From positions 512,001 through 576,000 of the forward strand of contig CBDBMJ010000001.1 in assembly GCA_965207455.1 (NCBI GenBank): a stretch of DNA of 64,000 nt, in the 5' to 3' direction. The position numbers and the translations under genes were made by a program. The notes beneath the pieces were generated by a model. That model was not told where the DNA came from, did not search any database, and saw only the letters and a program-made list of their open reading frames with translations. Numbering within the stretch: the first letter of the stretch is position 1; each line of letters opens with the position of its first letter. This DNA comes from Bdellovibrionota bacterium. GTDB taxonomy: Bacteria > Bdellovibrionota > UBA1018 > CAIPTA01 > JAALKR01. Shown one piece after another: positions 28,713-39,766 of this stretch.

Positions 28713-31403
28713 ATGAGAAAATTAAATTCTTCAGAAATACGTGAAGCATTTCTTAGTTATTTTGAACAACAGGGGCATTATAGGGAAAAATCAGCTTCCC
28801 TGCTTCCCACAAGCGATCCCACCATACTTTTTACTGTTGCGGGAATGGTGCCGTTCAAGAATGTATTTACAGGTATTGAAACCCGTCCTTATAAAAAAGC
28901 CACCACCTCTCAGCGATGTTTGCGAGCAGGTGGAAAGCATAACGATTTGGAGAATGTTGGTTTTACTGGACGGCACCATACGTATTTTGAAATGTTGGGA
29001 AATTTCTCCTTTGGTGATTATTTTAAAAAAGAAGCTATTCATTTTGCTTGGGATTTGGTGACTAATGTTTTCAAAATTCCCAAAGAAAAGCTCTATATAA
29101 CCATACACACTAAAGATGACCAATCATTTGACCTTTGGAATAAGCAGGAAAAAATACCTAAGGATCGAATTTTTCGTTTTGATAAAGATAATTTTTGGGC
29201 CGCAGGTGAAGTGGGTCCTTGTGGACCTTGCTCTGAAATTTTTTTCGACCGTGGAGAGGAATATAATACTGGAGATCCTGAGAAAGATTGTCTAGGTGGT
29301 GATGGCGATCGGTTTTTGGAAATATATAACCTAGTGTTTATGGAATATAACCGGGATGAAGGAGGAAAAATGTGGCCATTGCCCAAGCCTTCTGTGGATA
29401 CGGGTATGGGTCTAGAGCGCATGACCAGTGTTTTACAATGTACTCATACAAATTATGAAACAGATTTATTTATGCCAATTATTAAAGAAATCTCTAAATC
29501 TAGTGGCACTATTTATAATCCTAAAAAACAAGATGATATAGGGATTGCCACTCAAGTGATTGCAGACCATTTGCGAGCAATGAGTTTTCTTATTGCCGAT
29601 GGGCTTCTTCCTTCCAACGAAGGTGCAGGTTATGTGTTGCGAAGAATTTTACGACGTGCAGTCCGTTATGGTAAAAAATTAGGATTTACGAAACCCTTTC
29701 TATCTAATTTTGTGCCCATATTGGCAAAACAAATGGAAAAAGCTCATCCTGTTTTGCAGAAAAACCTTTCCTTAGTACAGAGGGTACTGAAATCTGAAGA
29801 AGAGAAATTTTTTGTTACATTGGAAAGAGGCCTACAAATTCTTCAGGAAGAAATGAAAAAACTGAAAAAAGAAGAAGCGCTATCGGGAAATATAGCTTTT
29901 CTTCTCTATGATAGCTTTGGATTTCCTTTGGATCTTACTCAAGTCATTACACAAGAAAATGGGCATGGCGTGGATGAAGCAGGTTTTTTAAAATGTATGG
30001 AAAAACAAAAGACTCAATCCAAAAAACAAAAAGCTCAGAAAGGTTCTGCTAAAGAATTGCTCTTATATAAGGAATTAATTCAGGAAGGATTAACGGTGGA
30101 GTTCACTGGTTATACCACAACAATAGATAAGGGAAAACTTCTAGCCTTAATCACAGAGGGTGGTCGTGTGAAAGAAGTGCGGGGCCCTGCTAAAATTCAA
30201 GCTATTTTCTCCCCATCACCTTTTTATGGCGAAAGTGGGGGACAGGTGGGAGATAAAGGCATTATATGTCTGGATACGTCCCAAGAATCTAAGCTTATGG
30301 AAGTGCATGATGTAAAGAAGTTCGATGATTTATCTATTATTCATGGTGAATTATTAGAGGGTAAATCGTTAGAGGTGGGAAAATTTTATCAACAATATGT
30401 AACTGAGATTTTACGAAAAAATACGGCTAAAAACCATTCCAGTACTCATATTCTACACTGGGCTTTACGAAAAGTTCTAGGTACTCATGTAAAACAAGCT
30501 GGTTCTTTAGTAAATGAGAGATTATTGCGTTTTGATTTTACCCACGATAAGGTCTTAGAACCCAAAGAGCTGGAAGAAATTGAATCTTTAGTAAATGAAT
30601 GTATTGAAAAGGAATGTTCTGTGGAAACAACAGTGAGTACACAGGAGGCTGCTATTAAAGCTGGGGCCATTGCCTTATTTGGAGAAAAATATGACGATAG
30701 GGTACGCGTTCTTCATATCGGTCCCTCTGTGGAACTTTGTGGAGGAACCCATGTGGAGAACACTGGACAAATTCGATTTTTTGTCATTACAGGAGAGACG
30801 GGAATTGCTGCTGGAACTCGACGAATAACAGCACTAACGGGAGTCCATGCTTTAGAGTATTTCCAAACTCATATCCAGACTATGAAGCAACTCCAAAATA
30901 TTTTACGAGTAAGTGGGCCTGGAGAGACCATGGATCGAGTGCAAAAGCTACAAGAACAAAACCAGCAAATAGAAAAACGCTTAGAGCGCTCCTTGGAACA
31001 AACAGCAATGTATTTAGCTCATAAAATTTCTACAACAAAAGAAATAAAAAAGAATATGGGTAAGTCAAGAATTCCTCTGATTGCCTATTACATTGGCAAG
31101 GAATTTGACTTACATTTCATACGTATGGTTTCCGATAAAGTTCGTCAAAACACTCCCCAAGGAGTTATTGCTCTTGCTGGAGAGGATAGAGGTAAGGCAT
31201 TTCTCCACGTTTCCGTGTCCAAGGATCTTAGCTCTCGTATACATGCAGGAAAAATTATTCAATCCGTATCCTCTTATATTGATGGCAGAGGGGGAGGGAA
31301 GGCAGAGGCAGCCCAAGCCAGTGGCACAAAAACACAGGGATTAAAGATTGCTTTAGAAAAAATTGAATCTACTCTAGAACTATCTTATTATTCAACATTA
31401 TAA
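28713..31403 (+). CDS. alaS: Alanine--tRNA ligase
   Basis: AGMVPFK, HHTYFEMLGNFSFGDYFK, DTGMGLER, NHSSTH, ELCGGTH, GRGGG. Confidence 0.99.
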   Translation: MRKLNSSEIREAFLSYFEQQGHYREKSASLLPTSDPTILFTVAGMVPFKNVFTGIETRPYKKATTSQRCLRAGGKHNDLENVGFTGRHHTYFEMLGNFSFGDYFKKEAIHFAWDLVTNVFKIPKEKLYITIHTKDDQSFDLWNKQEKIPKDRIFRFDKDNFWAAGEVGPCGPCSEIFFDRGEEYNTGDPEKDCLGGDGDRFLEIYNLVFMEYNRDEGGKMWPLPKPSVDTGMGLERMTSVLQCTHTNYETDLFMPIIKEISKSSGTIYNPKKQDDIGIATQVIADHLRAMSFLIADGLLPSNEGAGYVLRRILRRAVRYGKKLGFTKPFLSNFVPILAKQMEKAHPVLQKNLSLVQRVLKSEEEKFFVTLERGLQILQEEMKKLKKEEALSGNIAFLLYDSFGFPLDLTQVITQENGHGVDEAGFLKCMEKQKTQSKKQKAQKGSAKELLLYKELIQEGLTVEFTGYTTTIDKGKLLALITEGGRVKEVRGPAKIQAIFSPSPFYGESGGQVGDKGIICLDTSQESKLMEVHDVKKFDDLSIIHGELLEGKSLEVGKFYQQYVTEILRKNTAKNHSSTHILHWALRKVLGTHVKQAGSLVNERLLRFDFTHDKVLEPKELEEIESLVNECIEKECSVETTVSTQEAAIKAGAIALFGEKYDDRVRVLHIGPSVELCGGTHVENTGQIRFFVITGETGIAAGTRRITALTGVHALEYFQTHIQTMKQLQNILRVSGPGETMDRVQKLQEQNQQIEKRLERSLEQTAMYLAHKISTTKEIKKNMGKSRIPLIAYYIGKEFDLHFIRMVSDKVRQNTPQGVIALAGEDRGKAFLHVSVSKDLSSRIHAGKIIQSVSSYIDGRGGGKAEAAQASGTKTQGLKIALEKIESTLELSYYSTL

Positions 31404-31438
31404 CGTGTTATAGTCACCCTTTATATTTTTCTTAGAAA

Positions 31439-31474
31439 TTGACAATAATTATCACTATAAATTATAATTATAGT
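31439..31474 (+). promoter_or_regulatory. Sigma70 promoter of pilBTC with overlapping Fur-type box
   Basis: TTGACA (31439-31444)-N18-TATAAT (31463-31468); TGACAAT-A-ATTATCA (31440-31454); second inverted repeat ACTATAA-N7-TTATAGT (31454-31474). Confidence 0.7.
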
Positions 31475-31515
31475 ACTACAAGAATTATCCAAAATACTAA
31501 AAAAAAAGAGTTTTA

Positions 31516-33237
31516 ATGTCTTATCCACTAGCAGAGTTACTTAGAGAAGAAAATCTAATCACAGATGAACAGTTGACTTCTGCTGATGAAAATTTTGAAA
31601 AAACAAGAGAATCTCATCATATTTTTTTATTGCGCAGTAAGGCAGTTCAAGAGAAGAAAGTTTTGGAACTTTTTTGTAAGCGATACCGTATTCAGCCATT
31701 TGATCTTTCTAATTATACAATTGAACCAGAAGCATTGGGATTATTAAGTGAAGATGATGTGAGACGTTTTTCTATAATTCCTGTGGAGAAAACAGCAAAC
31801 TCTTTAATTGTTGCCATAGCAGATCCTCTTGCTTTGCAGAATTTAGATGATGTTAAATTTCTTACTCAGCTTAATGTGGAAGCTGTATTTGTTGTTTTCA
31901 GCGCTTTTGAAAAAGCTGTGGAAAAATATTACAGCTCTCAGCAAGCTATAGAAGATATAGAAGATATGAATGATATGGAAAATGCACCTGTGGAGGAAGA
32001 GGTGGATTCCGAACTGGATGGTATAGGCAATCAAAATATAGAAATAATGGATGGGTCAGGTGATAGAATAGATGCCCCTATTATAAAATTAGTGAATTCT
32101 ATTCTTATTAATTCTGTACAAAAAAAAGCATCTGATATTCATGTTGAGCCTTATCAAAATATTTTTCGTATACGTATGCGTGTAGATGGAACCTTGGTAG
32201 AAACCATAAGACCACCGTATAAAACTCGTAATGCAGTTGTTGCACGTTTAAAAATCATGGCAAAAATGGATATTGCAGAAAAACGCTTACCTCAAGATGG
32301 AAAAATCAAAATTCGTACAAAATATGGGGAGATGGATTTTCGTGTTTCTAGTATGCCTACTGTAAATGGAGAAAAAGTTGTATTACGACTTTTAGATAAA
32401 TCTGGTTTAGAAACAGACCTCACCGCCCTTGGTTTTAGTGAAGAAGAGTATAAACTTTTTCATAGATCTATTTATGAAAGTAATGGAATGTTATTAGTAA
32501 CGGGGCCTACAGGTTCAGGAAAAACCACTACCCTATATTCAGCCTTGGCGGAACGAAATAAACCCTCTGAAAACATATCTACAGCAGAAGATCCTGTGGA
32601 GTATAATTTAGAGGGTATTAATCAATGTCAAACCCATGCTGATATTGGTTTAAATTTTGCAAAAACACTACGTACCTTTCTTCGTCAAGATCCAGATATT
32701 ATTTTAGTGGGTGAGATTCGAGATCTTGAAACAGCAGAAGTAGCCATACAAGCAGCCTTAACAGGGCACTTAGTTTTTTCTACTCTACATACCAATGACG
32801 CCCCATCTACGATCACTAGATTTTTAAATATGGGTATAGAACCTTTTTTAGTAACTGCCTCGGTACGAACGATTATTGCCCAGCGATTGCTTCGGTCTAT
32901 TTGCTCGTCATGCAAGGAGGAGATATCTGTTCCTGTGGAACGTTTGATTGAACTGGGTATAGATAAAGAAGCTGCCAATACAGTAAAGATTTTTCAAGGC
33001 AAGGGCTGTAGTGAATGTGATAATAGTGGATATAAAGGTAGGTTTGCTGTTTTCGAAATCATGGATTTCACCACTAGACTCAAGGAAGCTGTTTTAAAAG
33101 GAGCCAATGCCATTGAGTTAAAAAAACTAGCTTTAGAGGGTGGAATGACTACTCTTCGAATGAATGCTTTAAAAAATACATTTCGAGGAAAGACAACATT
33201 GGAAGAAGCGATAGGAAATACATCCAATGACTTATAG
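31516..33237 (+). CDS. pilB: Type IV pilus assembly ATPase PilB
   Basis: ASDIHVEP, DIAEKRLPQDG, GPTGSGKTTT, TAEDPVE, RQDPD, tetracysteine motif. Confidence 0.95.
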   Translation: MSYPLAELLREENLITDEQLTSADENFEKTRESHHIFLLRSKAVQEKKVLELFCKRYRIQPFDLSNYTIEPEALGLLSEDDVRRFSIIPVEKTANSLIVAIADPLALQNLDDVKFLTQLNVEAVFVVFSAFEKAVEKYYSSQQAIEDIEDMNDMENAPVEEEVDSELDGIGNQNIEIMDGSGDRIDAPIIKLVNSILINSVQKKASDIHVEPYQNIFRIRMRVDGTLVETIRPPYKTRNAVVARLKIMAKMDIAEKRLPQDGKIKIRTKYGEMDFRVSSMPTVNGEKVVLRLLDKSGLETDLTALGFSEEEYKLFHRSIYESNGMLLVTGPTGSGKTTTLYSALAERNKPSENISTAEDPVEYNLEGINQCQTHADIGLNFAKTLRTFLRQDPDIILVGEIRDLETAEVAIQAALTGHLVFSTLHTNDAPSTITRFLNMGIEPFLVTASVRTIIAQRLLRSICSSCKEEISVPVERLIELGIDKEAANTVKIFQGKGCSECDNSGYKGRFAVFEIMDFTTRLKEAVLKGANAIELKKLALEGGMTTLRMNALKNTFRGKTTLEEAIGNTSNDL

Positions 33238-33251
33238 AGAAGGATGAATTT

Positions 33252-34337
33252 ATGCCAGCATTAAGTATTAAACAACTTCTTCAAGCAGTAATACAGCAAA
33301 AAGCATCTGACCTGCATATTACTATTGGTTCTCCACCTCTTCTGAGAGTACAGGGAAAAATGCTTCCCATAAAAACAGAATCTCTTAATAGTGACGATAC
33401 TAAATCTCTTTGTTATGAAATTATTACGGATAGGCAGAAAAAGGAATTGAGTGAAAATCTTTCCATCGATCTTTCTTTTGCTTTGGATAAAACCTCCCGG
33501 TTTCGTGGAAATATATACCTTCAACGAGGCAGTCTGGCAGCAGCTTTTCGTTATATTCCTGTGGAAATTCCTTCTATAGAATCTCTAAAACTTCCTAATA
33601 CATTAAAGAAAATGATGGAAGTTCCAAACGGCTTGCTTTTAGTTACCGGCCCCACAGGTTCAGGAAAAACCACTACTCTTGCCAGTCTCCTAGATTATAT
33701 TAATGAAACTAGGCAAGGGCATATTATAACCTTAGAAGATCCTATTGAGTTTATTCATTTGCATAAAAAATGTGTGGTCAACCAAAGAGAAATCGGACCC
33801 GATGCTCCGTCCTACTCCTCTGCCATGAGAGCATTGTTGCGCCAAGACCCAGATTATGTGCTTTTAGGAGAAATGCGAGATAGAGAATCGGTGCAAATGG
33901 CACTCACAATTGCAGAAACAGGCCATTTACTCTTTAGTACGCTCCATACAAATTCAGCAGTGCAAACAATTAATCGATTGATTAATATTTTCCCTGCTCA
34001 CGAGCAGAATCAAGTTCGTAATATGCTCAGTCTCACGCTTATTGGAATTGTTTCTCAGCAACTTATACATACAGAGAAAGGAAAACTTGCTTTGGCTATG
34101 GAGATAATGCGATGTACGCCGGCGATTCGGAATCTTATTCGAGAGCAAAAAATAGAGATGATTTACTCTTCCATGCAATCTAATCAAGAAAAAACTGGAA
34201 TGCAAACTATGAATCAAAGTTTATTGAGTCTTTATGAACAAGGTAAAATTTCTGATCAAACAGCCATTGAAAAATCCTCTGAGCAAGAGGAGCTTATACG
34301 AATGTTAAGTACTTCATCTAAAGTAGGGAACTTTTAA
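33252..34337 (+). CDS. pilT: Type IV pilus retraction ATPase PilT
   Basis: ASDLHI, GPTGSGKTTT, EDPIEF, AETGHL, AIRNLIRE. Confidence 0.96.
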   Translation: MPALSIKQLLQAVIQQKASDLHITIGSPPLLRVQGKMLPIKTESLNSDDTKSLCYEIITDRQKKELSENLSIDLSFALDKTSRFRGNIYLQRGSLAAAFRYIPVEIPSIESLKLPNTLKKMMEVPNGLLLVTGPTGSGKTTTLASLLDYINETRQGHIITLEDPIEFIHLHKKCVVNQREIGPDAPSYSSAMRALLRQDPDYVLLGEMRDRESVQMALTIAETGHLLFSTLHTNSAVQTINRLINIFPAHEQNQVRNMLSLTLIGIVSQQLIHTEKGKLALAMEIMRCTPAIRNLIREQKIEMIYSSMQSNQEKTGMQTMNQSLLSLYEQGKISDQTAIEKSSEQEELIRMLSTSSKVGNF

Positions 34338-34343
34338 CTTATA

Positions 34344-35543
34344 ATGCCTGTTTTTAAATATGTAGGATTACAAAGAGATGGTACAAATGTTGATGGTGAG
34401 ATCGATTTACCTACGGAAAATGATGTGCGCAATCATTTGCGTCAGCAGGGTATTCGTTTAAAAAAACTATCAAAAGCTTCCATATTTAATGCTGATTTAT
34501 CTTTTGGATCTCCGGTAAAAGAAGTGGAGTTATCTATCATGACCCAACAACTTGCTATTATGCTAGAAGCAGGACTGCCCATTCTACAAGCATTGCAAAT
34601 TTTGGAATCTGGAGAACAAAATCCAGCATTAAAGAAAATTTTAAAGAAAGTTTCTGCATCCATTTCTGGTGGTGGTGCTTTGTGGGAAGCACTCTCTGTG
34701 CATAAAAAAGTTTTTCCTAACATATATATTTACCTTGTTCGTGCAGGTGAATTTAGCGGCTCCTTGGGAACCTCATTAAAACGATTAGCAACCTATCTGG
34801 AAAATAGCGTGGCACTTAAGCGCATGGTGAAGGGAGCTATGATATATCCAGCCGTCATTGCTATGGTGGGAATGGGAGTAACTTTTGGTTTATTGGCCTT
34901 TGTGGTTCCTCAATTTGAGTCAATGATTAAAAGTGGTGGCGGTGAACTTCCTGCTATTACAGCTTTTGTTATTGCTGCCAGTGATTTTGCAAGTTCACAG
35001 GCCCATATTATTATAGGAGGAGTAATAGCTGTAATTTTTATTTTTAAAAAAATAATCAGCACACCCAATGGACGTATGGCTTGGCATTTATTTTTATTGT
35101 CCGTTCCTGGCATTAAAACGCTTATCACGAAATCGTCCACAGCAGTATTTACTCGTACACTTGGCACTATGCTGCTTTCTGGAGTGAATCTAGTGGATGC
35201 CATAGAAATTTGCAAGGATGTAATAGACAATGAAGTAATGAAAAGATCTCTTACAAAAGTAAAAGCTGAAATTGTTGCAGGAAAAAGTATTGCTGGACCA
35301 TTGGCAAGAACGAAATTATTTCCCCATATGGTGGTGCAAATGGTTAGTGTTGGTGAAAATACTGGTGCCCTAGATAAAATGCTTATCCGTATTGCTGACT
35401 TTTATGAAGAAGAAGTAAAGGCGGTTGTTTCTGCCTTAACTAAGCTTATTGAGCCTTTGGTTCTTGTGGTTTTAGGTGGAGTTGTGGCTACTATTCTCAT
35501 TGCCATGTACTTACCCATATTCCAGTTGGCTGGTGGCGCATAA
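34344..35543 (+). CDS. pilC: Type IV pilus inner-membrane platform protein PilC (GspF family)
   Basis: AGEFSGSL, AMIYP, VGENTGALD, IEP, AMYLPIF. Confidence 0.95.
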   Translation: MPVFKYVGLQRDGTNVDGEIDLPTENDVRNHLRQQGIRLKKLSKASIFNADLSFGSPVKEVELSIMTQQLAIMLEAGLPILQALQILESGEQNPALKKILKKVSASISGGGALWEALSVHKKVFPNIYIYLVRAGEFSGSLGTSLKRLATYLENSVALKRMVKGAMIYPAVIAMVGMGVTFGLLAFVVPQFESMIKSGGGELPAITAFVIAASDFASSQAHIIIGGVIAVIFIFKKIISTPNGRMAWHLFLLSVPGIKTLITKSSTAVFTRTLGTMLLSGVNLVDAIEICKDVIDNEVMKRSLTKVKAEIVAGKSIAGPLARTKLFPHMVVQMVSVGENTGALDKMLIRIADFYEEEVKAVVSALTKLIEPLVLVVLGGVVATILIAMYLPIFQLAGGA

Positions 35544-35582
35544 GGATCGAGATCACTGTGCGGGCTAAGGAGTAAGATCGCT

Positions 35583-37034
35583 TTATGGATCAATAGTATG
35601 TACCTTTACGGTATTGGTTTTCGTGTTTTTAGATATGGGTAGGCCAATGGTAATGACCAGCAAGTCTCCCTTTTCCATGGGACGAAAAGCTCCAGTAAGG
35701 TAGGTGTTCCACCAGTCCACTACTGTTTTACTAACAAACAAAAAAGTATGATCTACTGCAGAAACCTTAGGGATTAAAATTCCCTTTACCCCCCAGGTAA
35801 GAGCCAATCGTTGGAGTATTTGTTTTTTATTGGTAAGGGCAAAAATAGGTGCAGTGGATCGAAAGGTGGATAGGGTTTGGGCACCTTTTCCGCTATTGGT
35901 GATGCAACAGATAGCTCGCGCGCCAGAATTTTTTGCAATTTGAGCAGCAGCGTATTCAATGGCGTCGGGTACATTGGAAATGGGAGGTGTGGGGCTGGGA
36001 GTGAGTTTTAGTTTTTGCCTATCTTGCTCTGCTTGCCCAATAATATCGGTCATTATTTGTAATGCTTTAAAGGGATATTTTCCGTAAGCGGTTTCTCCGG
36101 AAAGCATTAGGGCATCGGCACCGTCGAACACTCCGTTGGCCACATCTGAGGCTTCTGCACGCGTGGGGCGAGGGTTATAGGTCATACTTTCCAGCATTTG
36201 AGTGGCTAGAATCACAGTCTTTCCTTTTGCATTACATTTTTGAATAATTTGCTTTTGTATGCTAGGGACTTTTTGTGGAGAGATTTCTACGGCCATGTCT
36301 CCCCGGGCGATCATAATTCCATCGGCAACAGCAATAATCTTGTCTATATTCTTCACTGCCTCTGGTTTTTCTATTTTTGCAATGACAGGTGTGTCTTTTC
36401 CCTGGGCTTGGATAAATTTTTGTATTTTCAGTACGTCCTGTGGTTGGCGTACAAAAGATAGTGCCACATAATCGACGTTTAAAGAGAGCCCGTGGAGGAG
36501 GTCTTGTTTGTCTTTTTGGTTTAGTATGGGAACGGATGTTTTTATACCAGGAAGATTCATTCCCTTGTGGCTTGATAGTGTTCCATTAAATAAAGAGACA
36601 CATTCTATTTCTGTGCTATTTATGATTTTTTTTACTTTCATTTCAATATTGCCGTCGTCGATTAAAATTCGATCTCCTACTGAAACATCTTTTACCAACC
36701 GCTTATAGACAGTGTTAATTTTCTTGGCATTACAGCCATGGGGAAGTTCTTTTGTTGTGATAGATACGATGTCTCCAGCTTGGATTTCCACGGGGCCATC
36801 TGGGAAATGACCTAAGCGGATTTTAGGACCTTGCAAGTCTAAAAGAACGGCTACGGGACGGGTTTGTTCTTTGGAAGCTTTGCGGATATATTGTACGGCT
36901 TGGGTGAGCTCTTCATGGGAGGCATGACTGCAGTTCAGACGAGCCACGTCCATGCCCTTTTCCATAAGCTGGCTAACAGCTTTATAGGAAGAGGTGGCTG
37001 GACCAAGTGTACATACAATTTTAGCTCGTCTCAC
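35583..37034 (-). CDS. pyk: Pyruvate kinase
   Basis: KIVCTLGPA, DLQGPKIR, AKIE, ARGD, ATQMLESM, PTRAE, MLSGETA. Confidence 0.98.
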   Translation of the reverse strand: MRRAKIVCTLGPATSSYKAVSQLMEKGMDVARLNCSHASHEELTQAVQYIRKASKEQTRPVAVLLDLQGPKIRLGHFPDGPVEIQAGDIVSITTKELPHGCNAKKINTVYKRLVKDVSVGDRILIDDGNIEMKVKKIINSTEIECVSLFNGTLSSHKGMNLPGIKTSVPILNQKDKQDLLHGLSLNVDYVALSFVRQPQDVLKIQKFIQAQGKDTPVIAKIEKPEAVKNIDKIIAVADGIMIARGDMAVEISPQKVPSIQKQIIQKCNAKGKTVILATQMLESMTYNPRPTRAEASDVANGVFDGADALMLSGETAYGKYPFKALQIMTDIIGQAEQDRQKLKLTPSPTPPISNVPDAIEYAAAQIAKNSGARAICCITNSGKGAQTLSTFRSTAPIFALTNKKQILQRLALTWGVKGILIPKVSAVDHTFLFVSKTVVDWWNTYLTGAFRPMEKGDLLVITIGLPISKNTKTNTVKVHTIDP

Positions 37035-37072
37035 ATTATGGCCATATAGTAATCTTTAAGTAGGGAAGAGTC

Positions 37073-38140
37073 TTATCGTTTCATTTTCTTCATCTTCAGC
37101 TCTGCATCAATTATAGTTACAAATTTTTCCACATCTCGAGCGCCTTTAACGGGCTGGCTATTCACAAAAAAGCTCGGTGTGGAATTTACTCCAATTTTCA
37201 AGCCTTCATTGAAATCATTTTGCACAACTTTGGCAAATTTCTTTTGGGAATAACAGTCTTCAAATTTTTTCATATTTACGCCAACTTTTTTTGCGTATTT
37301 TTTTAGATCTTCGTCCCCAAGCTTTCGTTGGTTTTGAAATAATAGATCATGAAAGGTCCAGAATTTTTTCGGATTTTGATCATGTATACACATGGAAGCC
37401 TCTGAGGCAGGCTTTGCCCTTGGGTGCATACTGAGAGGAAAGTGTTTGAAAAGAATTCTAATTTTCTTTTTACCGTAGTGTTTTTTTAGTTTTGCCACTA
37501 TCTGCTTGTTGGCAAGAGCACAGTAGGGGCACTCAAAGTCGGAAAATTCTACTATAGTTATGGGTGCATTTTTGTTACCCCAGCTAGCCACATTACTCTC
37601 ATTAAATGAAATTTCAGTAGCACGTGGGCGTGCGAGATAAAATTCTATGGGATGTTTCCTAGTATATCTTGCTACCACATTTTTGAGATGTATTATGTTT
37701 CTCACTTGAACTTGAATGTGTTCCGGAGGATTTTTGTGGTCTTGGATTTTACCTTCCAGAAAAGCAATAATTTTTCTCTTAGAGACTTTTTTCTTAGCAA
37801 CATCTTCTTGTTTTTTTAAAAAAGCTTCTACAGGCATTTTTGCTTTGCTTGCCAATATTTCAAAGACTCTTTGGCGAACTCGCCCTTCTAATTCCCCTTT
37901 TTGAGCCTCGTATAACTCCAAGCGTTTCTCAAAGATTTTCATATTACTAGCAAAGTCTTTATCATAAATGACAGTACCAAAGATATTAGCCACAGCACCT
38001 TGGGTGGGGGGCTTTTTTTCTATTATATTGAGTTTTTGGCTATTGGTCTGTTTTGAACAGGAAAGAAAGACAATAAAGCATAGGGCTAGAATTTGTAGTG
38101 GAAGTTTTCGGGTTACTTTGGGTTTCGTGGATTTGGACAT
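37073..38140 (-). CDS. DsbA-family thioredoxin-domain lipoprotein
   Basis: Lipobox FLS-C; EFSDFECPYC, HFPL, GVNSTPSFFVN. Confidence 0.88.
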   Translation of the reverse strand: MSKSTKPKVTRKLPLQILALCFIVFLSCSKQTNSQKLNIIEKKPPTQGAVANIFGTVIYDKDFASNMKIFEKRLELYEAQKGELEGRVRQRVFEILASKAKMPVEAFLKKQEDVAKKKVSKRKIIAFLEGKIQDHKNPPEHIQVQVRNIIHLKNVVARYTRKHPIEFYLARPRATEISFNESNVASWGNKNAPITIVEFSDFECPYCALANKQIVAKLKKHYGKKKIRILFKHFPLSMHPRAKPASEASMCIHDQNPKKFWTFHDLLFQNQRKLGDEDLKKYAKKVGVNMKKFEDCYSQKKFAKVVQNDFNEGLKIGVNSTPSFFVNSQPVKGARDVEKFVTIIDAELKMKKMKR

Positions 38141-38281
38141 TTTTGGATTTTCCTCTTTAATGTTGGTTGTTGCGTTACAATTATTTCTTAATGATATCGC
38201 TATTTTCTACAAAAATATAGTGTTGGGGTAGAAAAAAAGGAAAGAAAAGTAACGCCTCACACTATTCCCGTTATGGTGTTT

Positions 38282-39256
38282 TTAATGGTGGCTATTAAAC
38301 CAAGCCAATGTTTCCTGTACCACTCGACTACGCACAGTATCTTTTTCCAGTTCATGGAGGGCTTGGGGAAATTCAATAATTTTATGCTTTAGGTTGGACA
38401 GTCCATTGGAGGCAAAATTGCGAGCTTCCCCCAAGTTCGTAACATATTCCCTTCCTGAAAGGAGCAAAAGTATGGGACAGGCATGGGAAAACTCAGGGGC
38501 TTTTACCTGGAGTTTCTGGATTGCCTTCCTAGCAGATCGGAGCCATGCAGGAGTTATTTTGTTGTGAATAAGGGAGTCCTCCAATCTTTTTTTTAAGTAG
38601 TCTTCATTTGAGCTTAGGGCAGCGGGAGGTGTATCCACGGAAATTTGCAGGGTGGGGGCAATATAATACAACAGTGTGGCTACTTTCATTAACAGCTTTT
38701 TCTTGCCCCGTACGTTTGGTAGCCCTAGCATTGGGCTGGAGAGGCAAGCGCCAGAAATTTTTTTCCATGGCTGGGGACTCATTAGGAGTTTTAGGGCAAT
38801 AGTACTCCCCAGGCTATGTGCCCAAACATATAAGGGAGTGGATGGGGGGATGGTGGAACGAGTGATTTCTAGCCATTGCTGTATATCTTCTACATAGTGA
38901 TCAAAGTGGTCCACATGACCTCGAAGGCCCTCAGATAGGCCATGCCCCCTAAGATCTAGGGTGATCACTCCGTACTTTGCTTTCACTAGGTCGCATACGA
39001 GTTTTCCATAATTTCCACTGTGCTCTCCAAATCCATGGATAATGAGGACTGTTCCACGGGCATGGGGAGGTATCCATGTTTGCCCAAACAATTTTACTTG
39101 GTTGCGCCTTTGGTGGGTTTCGAAGAATTGGTTGCCGTAGCGAATATTGGAACCTCTGGGAAAACCATAGCCCTGTAGATACGCAATGATATTGGGGTCG
39201 GATTCAGAATAGGATTTAATGGGTTTGGATAGTTCTAAGGGAGTGGGTTTGTTCAT
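38282..39256 (-). CDS. Alpha/beta hydrolase, lysophospholipase/monoacylglycerol lipase family
   Basis: IHGFGEH, DLRGHG, AHSLG nucleophile elbow, C-terminal HEL. Confidence 0.9.
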   Translation of the reverse strand: MNKPTPLELSKPIKSYSESDPNIIAYLQGYGFPRGSNIRYGNQFFETHQRRNQVKLFGQTWIPPHARGTVLIIHGFGEHSGNYGKLVCDLVKAKYGVITLDLRGHGLSEGLRGHVDHFDHYVEDIQQWLEITRSTIPPSTPLYVWAHSLGSTIALKLLMSPQPWKKISGACLSSPMLGLPNVRGKKKLLMKVATLLYYIAPTLQISVDTPPAALSSNEDYLKKRLEDSLIHNKITPAWLRSARKAIQKLQVKAPEFSHACPILLLLSGREYVTNLGEARNFASNGLSNLKHKIIEFPQALHELEKDTVRSRVVQETLAWFNSHH

Positions 39257-39274
39257 TATCTTACATCACAACAA

Positions 39275-39766
39275 TTAGGAACGCATATTAATAAACTGCA
39301 GATCCACGGGCACTTCCGTTGTCTTGAGTAAGGAAATAATATCCTGTAGGCTATCTATTTTTTTACTGGTTACCCGGATTTGAATATCCATGATTTGGGC
39401 CTGCACTTTTAGTCGAGACTGGGTAATAGCTTTGGTAATTATTTTTGCATTTTCTTTTGAAATTCCTTCTTGGACAGTAATTTCTTGGCGAATTTGTGCG
39501 CCAAGAGCGGTTTCAATTTTTCCGTACTGGAGATTTTTCAAAGGTACTTCTCGCTTCACCATTTTTGATTGTAGGATATCCATTACTTGGGAGAGTTTGT
39601 ATTCATCGTCGGCTATAATAGTAATTTTTTTTTCTTTGGAGTTCCATTCCACTTTAGACTTGGAATTTTTGAAGTCGTAACGCTGGGCAATTTCTTGGGC
39701 CACCTGATTAATTGCGTTATCAATTTCTTGGTTATCTATCTGAGAGACAATATCAAAAGAGGGCAT
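39275..39766 (-). CDS. yajQ: YajQ family nucleotide/c-di-GMP-binding protein
   Basis: MPSFDIVS, RYDFK, LQFINMR. Confidence 0.96.
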   Translation of the reverse strand: MPSFDIVSQIDNQEIDNAINQVAQEIAQRYDFKNSKSKVEWNSKEKKITIIADDEYKLSQVMDILQSKMVKREVPLKNLQYGKIETALGAQIRQEITVQEGISKENAKIITKAITQSRLKVQAQIMDIQIRVTSKKIDSLQDIISLLKTTEVPVDLQFINMRS

